From: an uncultured bacterium
GTDB taxonomy: Bacteria; Cyanobacteriota; Vampirovibrionia; Gastranaerophilales; Gastranaerophilaceae
Direction of reading: 5' to 3'
Length of the DNA stretch: 64,000 nt
NCBI GenBank assembly: GCA_947428835.1
Contig: CANENE010000002.1
Location: 16,901-80,900, forward strand
Shown here: positions 28,865-37,988 of the stretch, one piece after another
Position numbering within the stretch: position 1 is the stretch's first letter
Layout: each line of letters starts with the position of its first letter
Notes under the pieces: generated by a model
Told to the model about the DNA's origin: nothing
Database searches by the model: none
Seen by the model: only the letters and a program-made list of their open reading frames with translations
Program-made: the position numbers and the translations under genes

Positions 28865-30109
28865 ATGAAAGATATAAACAAGCCTTTAAAGGCGCATTTG
28901 TTCTGCATTGATTTTTGGTTCAGGGAGGAAAAAGCCTTTTCTCTTATAGAACTGCTTGTGACACTCATTATAATGTCTTTGCTTATATCGGCCTTTATGC
29001 CTGTAGTAACTAAGAAATTAAAATCTTCTGCGACGGTATTGGGTGGTGGTTCGGGTGATGGAGGTTTTTCATCCGATATACTTTTTTCTAAAGAATGTGA
29101 AAAATTTTCAACAGAAGAATATAAATGCTTGATGTGTTCAACAACATCTTGCACATTGTGTTCAACTCAATTAAGTACAATAACAGGTTATTATGTAGAT
29201 CCGTCCGAAGGCTGTGAGCCTAAAAATTGTGCAGATAAGTTTGGAAGCAATTGTATGGATTGTAAAAAAGATTCTTGCAGCGCTTGTATTCCGGGAAGTG
29301 CTTTTGATGCTGAAACGAATAGTTGCAAAGAATGCGAAGCAGGATATTATTCTTTAGGAGGGTTGTCAAATTGTGAAAAATGTCCCGCAGGTTCGGTTTC
29401 AACAAAAGGTTCATCAGGCTGCGTATCTTGTCCTTCTGAATGTAAAAGCTGCACGACGGCGGAAATGTGTACCGAGTGCAATCAAGGCTATATATTAAAC
29501 TCGGGAAAATGTGTTTTAGGTTGCAATCCGCAAACGGTTACACTTTCAGGTACAAATACAAAAGTTACCAGATTCAATATGGGAGATGATCCAAACTGCC
29601 CAAGAGATGTTATACAATCTATGTCAGGTGTAATATTTGTACCTGTTGGTACAAACTGCCCGGATTCAAGAAATAATAAATTATGCTGCTGGTATGGCGT
29701 AACTGCTGTCGGCAATACCTGTACAAATAAGGGTGGTGTCTATTCTGGCTGTAATAGAACAGTATGTATGTGGCCTGCTGCAAAGAAAATATGCGAGTCT
29801 ATCGGTAAAGGTTGGAAACTTCCTGATACGGCAAATTCTATGGCAACCTGGTATCCTAATAATTCTACGGCATCAACAGGGCTTATGCTTTGTAGACATG
29901 CAGTGGGACGCGATGATTCCGATCTTTGTACGGATGCTATTACCAGCTGCCCGGACGCTGATGGCGGTTGTGCTCCATCGGGCGTATGGGCGAATGCTCT
30001 TAGTGCTAATCGTAACGGGCATGAATATAGCTGGATGTATTTCGGCTGGGATACCAGTAAATGGACCGGCATAACTCATGCATTTTCTGTGCGCTGCGTA
30101 AAAGAATAA
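28865..30109 (+). CDS. Prepilin-N-terminus protein with CXXC/furin-like Cys-rich repeats and one DUF1566/FISUMP-like module (P1, 414 aa)
   Basis: 24-aa leader then FSLIELLVTLIIMSLLISAF (class III signal type, Glu at +5). Contains CKECEAGYYSLGGLSNCEKCPAGSV...CVSCPSECKSC repeats. C-terminal CCWYG...YSGCNRTVCMW..AAKKIC...GWKLPD...FSVRCVKE. Confidence 0.85.
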   Translation: MKDINKPLKAHLFCIDFWFREEKAFSLIELLVTLIIMSLLISAFMPVVTKKLKSSATVLGGGSGDGGFSSDILFSKECEKFSTEEYKCLMCSTTSCTLCSTQLSTITGYYVDPSEGCEPKNCADKFGSNCMDCKKDSCSACIPGSAFDAETNSCKECEAGYYSLGGLSNCEKCPAGSVSTKGSSGCVSCPSECKSCTTAEMCTECNQGYILNSGKCVLGCNPQTVTLSGTNTKVTRFNMGDDPNCPRDVIQSMSGVIFVPVGTNCPDSRNNKLCCWYGVTAVGNTCTNKGGVYSGCNRTVCMWPAAKKICESIGKGWKLPDTANSMATWYPNNSTASTGLMLCRHAVGRDDSDLCTDAITSCPDADGGCAPSGVWANALSANRNGHEYSWMYFGWDTSKWTGITHAFSVRCVKE

Positions 30110-30113
30110 AATT

Positions 30114-30167
30114 TGTTATTTTTTTGTGTTAGATTATGCGCCTTTGGTTTTCAAAGGTGCTTTTTTT
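30114..30167 (+). terminator. Conserved 3' box (TGTTATTTTTTTGTGTTAGATTA) plus rho-independent terminator
   Basis: Box begins 5 nt after the stop. Hairpin GCGCCTTTG-N5-CAAAGGTGC plus T7 at 30138-30167. Confidence 0.75.
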
Positions 30168-30235
30168 ATGGATTTCTGCGGTATATTAAAAATATGCCTC
30201 GCAATGACAAGTATAAACATTAATTTAAACAACTC

Positions 30236-30337
30236 GTCACCCTGAACTCGTTTCAGGGTCTAACCAGCTTTGGGATATTATATGAAATTTATTATTCATA
30301 CTAACACATCAAATGCTGAAACAAGTTCAGCATGATG
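30236..30337. repeat. REP/MITE-like composite repeat (L hairpin plus inverted R hairpin), copy A
   Basis: L is GTCACCCTGAACTCGTTTCAGGGTCTAACC (30236-30265). R is AAATGCTGAAACAAGTTCAGCATGATG (30311-30337). GCCTCGCAATGA boxes at 30196 and 30371. Confidence 0.8.
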
Positions 30338-30410
30338 TATGGAAGCCAGAATTGCCACGGCGATAAAATTGCCTCGCAATGATGATTGTCTACAACACCC
30401 TTTCAAAATT

Positions 30411-30437
30411 AAAAAAAACGCAAGGGGTAACCTTGCG
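30411..30437 (-). terminator. Rho-independent terminator of the 30476..31696 gene
   Basis: Minus strand reads CGCAAGG-N5-CCTTGCG followed by T8. Confidence 0.8.
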
Positions 30438-30475
30438 TTAAGTAATTTAAGTTAAGCGGAATGTGGGTGTGTAGA

Positions 30476-31696
30476 TTATGCAAATGCTTTGAATGAACCT
30501 TCAATGTTATCGTCAATTACTTTCTTTACAGAATCAACTTCTGTTGTAACTGCGCTACGTTGAGTTTCAATACTATCTAATTCAAGTTCAAGTTTTTTAT
30601 CTTGGTTTTGAATTTGGGTTTGTAATCTGTCATATTTTGCTTTAGCTTTATCGTCGTCTTGGGTATAATATGAGTCGCTGATGTTTGCTGTAGCGTCCCA
30701 AGATAAGCTTCTCCATTTAACTTTTTGAGTTTCGGAATCTAAGTTTCCTTTTTCAATCAGATATTTTCCGTTTCTCAAACAGTCTTGAAGATAATTTGGA
30801 CCATCGGTTGCTCCGGCTGAATCTGTTGTGCCGTATTTAAGGCTTGAATCAACAACATATCTTGCAACAACAACGCCGTTTGCATCCAATAAGCTGAATC
30901 TTCCATCTGATCCTTCGCTAATTTTAGCATTGCTTGCTTGTTTAACAACTGATTGAGGAATAGCGTTAGCGTTATTTGCAATAGTTGCAAGTTCGGAACT
31001 TGAAAAACCGTTGATTTCAGCTTGGCTTGCAAGAGCACCTGTTAAATAATTATAATAAACTTTGTCGCCTGTTTGTTTTTTAAGTTCGATTAAACCTTGT
31101 TTAGTATCTATCTGCAGGTTATTTCTTATAATTTCGCCTGTTTTATCTTCATCAAGATAGTTAGCCAAAGCGCTTCCTGCTAAAGGTAATACATAAGAAC
31201 TTCCTGTTTTTTGTCTGTTGCCCATAGCATCAGTTGTAGTTACTCTATAGATACCGTCTTTGTCTTGCGAAGTATTAACATTAACGTCTTTTGAGACGGC
31301 TCCGGGGATTTCATCTACGCTTGAAACAACGATTGCGCCATATGCATCTACAAGACGATATGCAGAAGTGCTTGCATATTCTTGATTTTCGGTTCTTTCA
31401 TATGGCTTAATGCCGCTGTCTTCGGATGAAAATTGAGCCAAAGTGCCGCTTACTAAAGCAGCATAAGTTAAATTTGTTGTCTTTTTCACTACATCATCAT
31501 CAGCACCTGCTGAAGTTAGAGAAAGTGAAATTTTCATTTGCCTGTTTGATGTCGCATCTTCGTATTCGCAGCTGATTTCTTCAAGTTGTTGAGATAATAC
31601 CAGCCTTTTTTGAGAAATTTGCTGGGCGCGATACTCCAGGTCACTTTTCCTGGCAGTTAATAATAACATTCTGCCTTGACTTGCTGATAGACCCAT
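30476..31696 (-). CDS. Hypothetical protein with coiled-coil termini and a Ser/Thr/Gly/Ala-rich central domain (possible filament or surface structural protein)
   Basis: 406 aa, no signal peptide. Helical N-terminus (MGLSASQGRMLLLTARKSDLEYRAQQISQKRLVLSQQLEE) and C-terminus (YDRLQTQIQNQDKKLELELDSIETQRSAVTTEVDSV). AAGGTGG RBS and own terminator, so monocistronic. Confidence 0.6.
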   Translation of the reverse strand: MGLSASQGRMLLLTARKSDLEYRAQQISQKRLVLSQQLEEISCEYEDATSNRQMKISLSLTSAGADDDVVKKTTNLTYAALVSGTLAQFSSEDSGIKPYERTENQEYASTSAYRLVDAYGAIVVSSVDEIPGAVSKDVNVNTSQDKDGIYRVTTTDAMGNRQKTGSSYVLPLAGSALANYLDEDKTGEIIRNNLQIDTKQGLIELKKQTGDKVYYNYLTGALASQAEINGFSSSELATIANNANAIPQSVVKQASNAKISEGSDGRFSLLDANGVVVARYVVDSSLKYGTTDSAGATDGPNYLQDCLRNGKYLIEKGNLDSETQKVKWRSLSWDATANISDSYYTQDDDKAKAKYDRLQTQIQNQDKKLELELDSIETQRSAVTTEVDSVKKVIDDNIEGSFKAFA

Positions 31697-31872
31697 TTTT
31701 TACCACCTTTACTTTTAAATTACTTACAGATTTAGCATTTTTATACTTTACCCAAATATTAAATTCCCGAATTTTTTATCTTCTAACTTGCTTTTAACAG
31801 TAACTTTATATTTTTTAACATTTGTTAACATATTTTCTTTAAGTTTTTGCATGTTTTACTTTTTGCTATAAC

Positions 31873-33996
31873 ATGGAACCTATGAATAGTGTAAGACGTA
31901 AAAGAGTTCAAAAAAGAGGACCAAAAAAGAGAAATATACTGATGTGTTTATTTTCAATGGCAGTATCTGCGATGCTTGCAGCGGTTGCAGCATTTAATAT
32001 ATATTTAGCTTCGCTTCCTCCGATTTCAAATTTTGAAGATATAAAACCAAATCCTGTAACTACAATATATTCTTCCGACGGTGAAGTTATAAAAACATTT
32101 ACCGCATTTAAATTTGAAAAAGTTTCAATTGATGAAATTCCTGAATATCTTAAGCAAGCTGTAATTGCAACAGAAGATAAAAATTTCTATCACCACAGAG
32201 GTTTTGATACTATCGGTATGATAAGATCAATTGTAACGAATGTATCATCGGGAAAAGTTAAGCAAGGTGCATCAACTATAACACAGCAGCTTGCAAGAAT
32301 ACTATTCTTGTCGAACGAAAGAACGTTTGACAGGAAAATCAAAGAATTAATCATAGCACACAGAATTGAAAAAACAATTTCCAAAGATGAAATTCTTGAA
32401 ATGTATCTTAATTCTGTTTATCTAGGCTCCGGTGTGTATGGTGTTTCATCTGCTGCAAGAACATTTTTTGATAAAGACCTAAAGCAGCTGACGTTAGCTG
32501 AACAAGCTCTTATTGCAGGGCTTCCGCAGGCACCATCCATATATTCTCCTTTTGCAAATAAAAAAGCCGGTCTTAAACGAAGGGACCAGGTCTTAAGAAG
32601 AATGTACAGAAACAAGTACATTACAAAAGAGCAAATGGAAGCTGCCCAAAAAGAAAAACTTCATCTTTCAAATAAGCCCAGGATATATTCTTACAATAAA
32701 GCACCCTATTTTATAGATTTTGTTTTAAATGAATTAAAAAATATCGGTTTCGAAGAACAGGAAATTTCGCAAGGGGGCTTGAGAATTTACACAACTCTTG
32801 ATTACAAATCTCAAAATGTAGCACAAGAAGCTGTACAAAATTCAATGACAAAATCAGGCTTAACAAAACCGCACAACCAAGTGGCCTTGTTTTCATTTTC
32901 TCCTACAACAGGAAAGATTTTTTCATACATAGGCGGAAAAAACTACGAACAAAGTCAATATGACAGAGTTACAAAAGCAATAAGGCCGTCGGGGTCTTCT
33001 TTTAAACCTTTTGTATATACAACTGTTCTGCAGCAAGGAGCAGGAGTTGATGATATTGTAGAAGATACTCCTTTGACTATCAAAGACTGGTCTCCCAAAA
33101 ACTATGGTAAAAAATACAGAGGTAAATTACACTTATGGCAGGCACTTGCAGTTTCATCAAATGTTGCTGCCGTTCGTTTAATTAAAAAAGCAGGAATAGA
33201 TGCCGTTATTCAAACAGCACGGGAAATGGGAATAACTACCCCTCTTTCAAATGATATGACAATTGCTCTTGGTTCAAACGGTGTTAAATTATATGATATG
33301 GTAGTAGCCTATGGCGCATTTGCAAATGGCGGTTATAGAGTTCGTCCTTATTGTATTGAAAGAGTCGAAAATTCAAGAGGTGTCACCATTTATGAAAATT
33401 CCGGACCAAAGATTGTTAAAGTTATAAATTACGAAACAGCGGCCGGTATGACATATATGCTGAGAAAAGTTGTTGAAATCGGTACGGGTAAGGCTGCAAA
33501 TGTTTCATCAAGTGTTGCAGGAAAAACCGGAACAACTAACGATTACAGAGATGCCTGGTTTATGGGTTATACCCCTGATATCGTTACAGGTGTATGGATT
33601 GGCAATGATAACAATTCAAAACTCCCCGGGATTACGGGTGGTGCTTTGCCTGCAAGAATTTTTGCAAGTTATATGAAAACAGCTATACAAAATTTCCCCA
33701 AAAGCTCGTTTGATTATCCAAAAGTCAGCGGTTCATCAGGCAAAGAATTCATAGATGATGCCGACGAAACTGTTGATGAAAGCGAAGAGAGAAATGCTGA
33801 AAAAAATCTAAAACCGCAGGAAGGTCAAATGGATGACCAAAATGAAAATCCTGATACTTCTTCAAAAGGTAGTCAGCAAATTCAAGAAAATCAACCGCAG
33901 CAGCTCCCTCAAAATCCTGCACCTCGCCCACAAAAGGCTCCATTTAATGTAGAAGATGAAGGTGCTCCATATGTAGCACCACTACCCGGAGCATAA
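31873..33996 (+). CDS. Class A penicillin-binding protein (PBP1A-type transglycosylase/transpeptidase)
   Basis: GT51 motifs (EDKNFYHHRGFD, GASTITQQLAR) and transpeptidase motifs (SGSSFKP, SSN, KTGTT). Pro/Gln-rich C-terminal tail. Confidence 0.9.
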   Translation: MEPMNSVRRKRVQKRGPKKRNILMCLFSMAVSAMLAAVAAFNIYLASLPPISNFEDIKPNPVTTIYSSDGEVIKTFTAFKFEKVSIDEIPEYLKQAVIATEDKNFYHHRGFDTIGMIRSIVTNVSSGKVKQGASTITQQLARILFLSNERTFDRKIKELIIAHRIEKTISKDEILEMYLNSVYLGSGVYGVSSAARTFFDKDLKQLTLAEQALIAGLPQAPSIYSPFANKKAGLKRRDQVLRRMYRNKYITKEQMEAAQKEKLHLSNKPRIYSYNKAPYFIDFVLNELKNIGFEEQEISQGGLRIYTTLDYKSQNVAQEAVQNSMTKSGLTKPHNQVALFSFSPTTGKIFSYIGGKNYEQSQYDRVTKAIRPSGSSFKPFVYTTVLQQGAGVDDIVEDTPLTIKDWSPKNYGKKYRGKLHLWQALAVSSNVAAVRLIKKAGIDAVIQTAREMGITTPLSNDMTIALGSNGVKLYDMVVAYGAFANGGYRVRPYCIERVENSRGVTIYENSGPKIVKVINYETAAGMTYMLRKVVEIGTGKAANVSSSVAGKTGTTNDYRDAWFMGYTPDIVTGVWIGNDNNSKLPGITGGALPARIFASYMKTAIQNFPKSSFDYPKVSGSSGKEFIDDADETVDESEERNAEKNLKPQEGQMDDQNENPDTSSKGSQQIQENQPQQLPQNPAPRPQKAPFNVEDEGAPYVAPLPGA

Positions 33997-34015
33997 AAAA
34001 TAAATCTACAAAACA

Positions 34016-34041
34016 AAAGGCGCTTTTAAAAGCGCCTTTTT
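34016..34041. terminator. Bidirectional terminator
   Basis: AAAAGGCGCTTTTAAAAGCGCCTTTTT palindrome between convergent genes. Confidence 0.75.
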
Positions 34042-34058
34042 GATAATTGTTAATATTT

Positions 34059-34796
34059 TTATTTAACTTTGAAGACAACATTTGCAACAGCTGTAATTTT
34101 TTTATCAATTGTGGAAGTATCATTTACGCCCATATCTGAAACATTTGTGCTATCAGGAGGTGTAATTTGAAAAACCCCCATTCTCATTTGTTTAACTTTT
34201 CCAACACGCGCATTTGTTGCAGATAACATTGATGCTGCTCTTTGTTTGGCGTCTTTCGTTGCTTCTTTAAGAAGATCAATTTTTAATGAAGCAAGGTCAG
34301 AATAAAAATATTCAGGTTGGTCAATATTCAAGCTAATACCTTTGTCTACAAGAGAGGTTATGTCTGTTGAAATTTCTTTAATTTTTTCAACATCATCGGA
34401 TTTAATTTCCATATCCATATTTGCACTGTAGCCTGCAATTTCGTTTGTAGTGTAGCCGTTTGCATTTTGTTTGTAGTTATAGTAGCCATTCATTGTTCTT
34501 TGGTTAATGTCTTCTTTTTTGATGTCTTTTGAAGTCAGATAGTTGATTACAATCGGGGTTTGAGACTTAATTATATTAAAAGCATCTTTTTGGCTCATTG
34601 CTCTTGCTTGAATTGTGAAAGATAATTTTGCGCTATCTGATTTAACAATTTTAGAAGAGGAGCCGGTAACAGTAATTGTATCTCCTTTTGGCATACGGGA
34701 AGCAAAAAGCAGCCCTGTTAAAATTAGCCCTAAGGCAATAATTGCACAAGAAATTATAATTTGAAATTTCTGTACAAGTTCCAATTTTTCATTCAT
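34059..34796 (-). CDS. SIMPL-domain (DUF541) protein
   Basis: N-terminal TM followed by a SIMPL-like pattern (KEATKDAKQRAASMLSATNARVGKVKQMRMGVFQI). Confidence 0.7.
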   Translation of the reverse strand: MNEKLELVQKFQIIISCAIIALGLILTGLLFASRMPKGDTITVTGSSSKIVKSDSAKLSFTIQARAMSQKDAFNIIKSQTPIVINYLTSKDIKKEDINQRTMNGYYNYKQNANGYTTNEIAGYSANMDMEIKSDDVEKIKEISTDITSLVDKGISLNIDQPEYFYSDLASLKIDLLKEATKDAKQRAASMLSATNARVGKVKQMRMGVFQITPPDSTNVSDMGVNDTSTIDKKITAVANVVFKVK

Positions 34797-34842
34797 AATG
34801 TTTTCTCCTTTTTGAAAATTATAATTTATGAAAACATTATAA

Positions 34843-35898
<1,056 letters not shown>

Positions 35899-35946
35899 AT
35901 TCTTCTTCTTGCTTACTATAAGGCTATTATACAATAAAAATTAAAT

Positions 35947-36162
35947 TTAATCTTCAAAATCAAACAGTTCTTTAATATTAATTCCAAGGTTATCGGCTAT
36001 TATTTTTAGTTTTGTGATTGTAACGTCGGTTGCTCCTATTTCAAGCAGGCTAATCATTGACCTTGAAATGCCGTTTGTTCCGATATCATCTTGCGTAAGG
36101 TGTTTTTCTTTTCTTATTTTTTTTAAGTTTTTTGCAAATTTTTGTAAAAAAACCTTGTTCAT
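35947..36162 (-). CDS. XRE-family HTH regulator, short class (cassette 2)
   Basis: 71 aa. LKKIRKEKHLTQDDIGTNGISRSMISLLEIG HTH. Divergent from P2. Confidence 0.8.
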   Translation of the reverse strand: MNKVFLQKFAKNLKKIRKEKHLTQDDIGTNGISRSMISLLEIGATDVTITKLKIIADNLGINIKELFDFED

Positions 36163-36242
36163 TTTTAAATTGTTAGCTATACTAGCATTAAATACAACTA
36201 GTCACACTAGCAAAATTATTCAAGGAAAGGACGGAAATTCTT

Positions 36243-37796
36243 TTGAAACGCGGATTTTCACTAATTGAACTTTTAATAACATTGATTATCATCTCTCTTC
36301 TAATTGGAGCTTTCAGCCCAATTATTACAAAAAAACTCAAAGCCTCGGATGTAGCAGTCGGAAACTTTAACGGCAATTCTTCCAATGCTCTTATCACAAG
36401 AGAAGTTACCGAGGAGGATTGTAAAAAATTCAAAGCAGTATTTATTCCAAAAGAAAAAAGTGACGGCATAAGAAATATTTGTGTCAGCAAATATAATGTC
36501 GGAGACAACATAGGTAAAGGCGGAGTTCCTTTTGCAAGCAGGGTAAAAAAAGTGCCTATCGGTCAAACCTGTACGCAGGCAGGTAATTGCTGCTGGCAAG
36601 GAAAAACAGCTGCTGCTTGTACAGATGATACCAATTATAGCGGATGTAACAGGACAGTGTGCCAGTGGAGTGCTGCAAATGCTAGCTGCCAAAGTTATGC
36701 GCCAATCGGAACCAAAGCCGGAAATTGGAGATTGCCTAACGAAAACGAGCTTATAGGCTGGGCAAAGAGCGGGAATATAAATGAAACAGGGTTGCAATTA
36801 TGCGCTGCAGATTCTGATTCTGTTGCAATTTTAGGCATAAGCTGCCATTACGCGGAAAATCAATGTTTAAAAAATCCTTATGATTTTCAAAATTTCAACT
36901 GCCACCCTTATATGTTATTTTCCAATTCATTTAGTGCTCAATATACAAAATATAACCATAGTAATAATATAGCGCATTTTATATTGTCTTTTGAAAGCGG
37001 TGATTTTTTGAGCCAGTCATATAACAGACCCGATTCTATGGCGGCTTCTGCAAGATGTGTGCTTGATGAAATAACCGACCATGGTCCTATCCGGGAACCT
37101 GACGATAATGAAGATAATAAACCATTTGCAGGTGAACCCAAAGACCAGGCAGACTGTGATAAATTGACTGCAATATTTATAGATAAACTTATGTCAGGTG
37201 CAAAAAGAAACATCTGTGTATCCAAGTACAATGTCGGAGATATCGGTCCGGATGGAAGCGGTCCTAATATACCCGAAGAATTTAAGCGGTATGTAATAGG
37301 TGCAGGACAAAGCTGCCCTTCTCAAGGTTATTGCTGCTGGATGGGGAAAACAGCAAGAAGTTGCAGTACTGATGGAAACAATGGAGCTAATTATTCCGGT
37401 TGCAATAGGACTATTTGTCAATGGAATGTAGCAAACGAAGCTTGCAAGCAATATAGTGCTTTTGGTGCAACTAAAGCGGGAGCTTGGAGATTGCCTAAAA
37501 CTTATGAATTGGAGGTGTGGTTACAGAATTTGGACAAATTGGATAATAATAAAGGTTCTGATGGTCTACAATTATGTACAAAAAATAACAGAAACGGTTT
37601 TATATTGTGTTCGCCTATTGGCAATTATAGTTCAAGCATTCCCGATGGGTATAGCAGACCATATAACCTTTTGTCAAATCTTGCGACTGTTAATTTATAT
37701 TTAGGTGATAGTCATATTGTTGAAGCAACATATTCCGAGAACTTCTCAGCTAGTGCAAGATGCGTCTATGATGGACTTGACCATTCACAGGAGTGA
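36243..37796 (+). CDS. Prepilin-N-terminus protein with two DUF1566/FISUMP-like Cys-rich modules (P2, 517 aa)
   Basis: TTG start. MKRG then FSLIELLITLIIISLLIGAFSPIITKKLKAS. Each module has RNICVSKYNVGD, CCW.GKTA, YSGCNRT.CQW..AN..C, WRLP, GLQLC and SARCV.D. Confidence 0.85.
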   Translation: MKRGFSLIELLITLIIISLLIGAFSPIITKKLKASDVAVGNFNGNSSNALITREVTEEDCKKFKAVFIPKEKSDGIRNICVSKYNVGDNIGKGGVPFASRVKKVPIGQTCTQAGNCCWQGKTAAACTDDTNYSGCNRTVCQWSAANASCQSYAPIGTKAGNWRLPNENELIGWAKSGNINETGLQLCAADSDSVAILGISCHYAENQCLKNPYDFQNFNCHPYMLFSNSFSAQYTKYNHSNNIAHFILSFESGDFLSQSYNRPDSMAASARCVLDEITDHGPIREPDDNEDNKPFAGEPKDQADCDKLTAIFIDKLMSGAKRNICVSKYNVGDIGPDGSGPNIPEEFKRYVIGAGQSCPSQGYCCWMGKTARSCSTDGNNGANYSGCNRTICQWNVANEACKQYSAFGATKAGAWRLPKTYELEVWLQNLDKLDNNKGSDGLQLCTKNNRNGFILCSPIGNYSSSIPDGYSRPYNLLSNLATVNLYLGDSHIVEATYSENFSASARCVYDGLDHSQE

Positions 37797-37823
37797 TTTC
37801 AACAAAATTATTAATAAGTTTCA

Positions 37824-37876
37824 TGTTATTTTTTGTGTTAGATTACGCACCTTTGGTTTTCAAAGGTGCTTTTTTT
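37824..37876 (+). terminator. Conserved 3' box plus rho-independent terminator
   Basis: TGTTATTTTTTGTGTTAGATTA, then GCACCTTTG-N5-CAAAGGTGC plus T7 (37847-37876). Confidence 0.75.
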
Positions 37877-37988
37877 AAAGGCTTCTGCCAGAGTACTCTG
37901 CCGGACTTGAAGTGCATTGAATTGCACTTCAAGACAGAGGGAAGTTAAAAAATGGCAAACGTTGAGTTTGACATTTTCTGCATACCGA

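Noticed and set aside
30196-30383. Possibility that the repeated hairpin units (also at 37989-38203, 56543-56684 and 61222-61486) form a CRISPR array
   Set aside because: The units alternate in orientation and come as two diverged types. Spacing is irregular (about 40-90 nt), there are at most two units per locus, and no cas genes are present.
36300-36797. Long antisense ORFs inside the P genes (36300-36797, 58167-58595, 59122-59550, 62872-63204, 29740-30072) and inside other genes (such as 24117-24474 and 47400-47849)
   Set aside because: These are shadow ORFs opposite well-supported coding frames. They have no RBS or recognisable motifs, and their composition is skewed.
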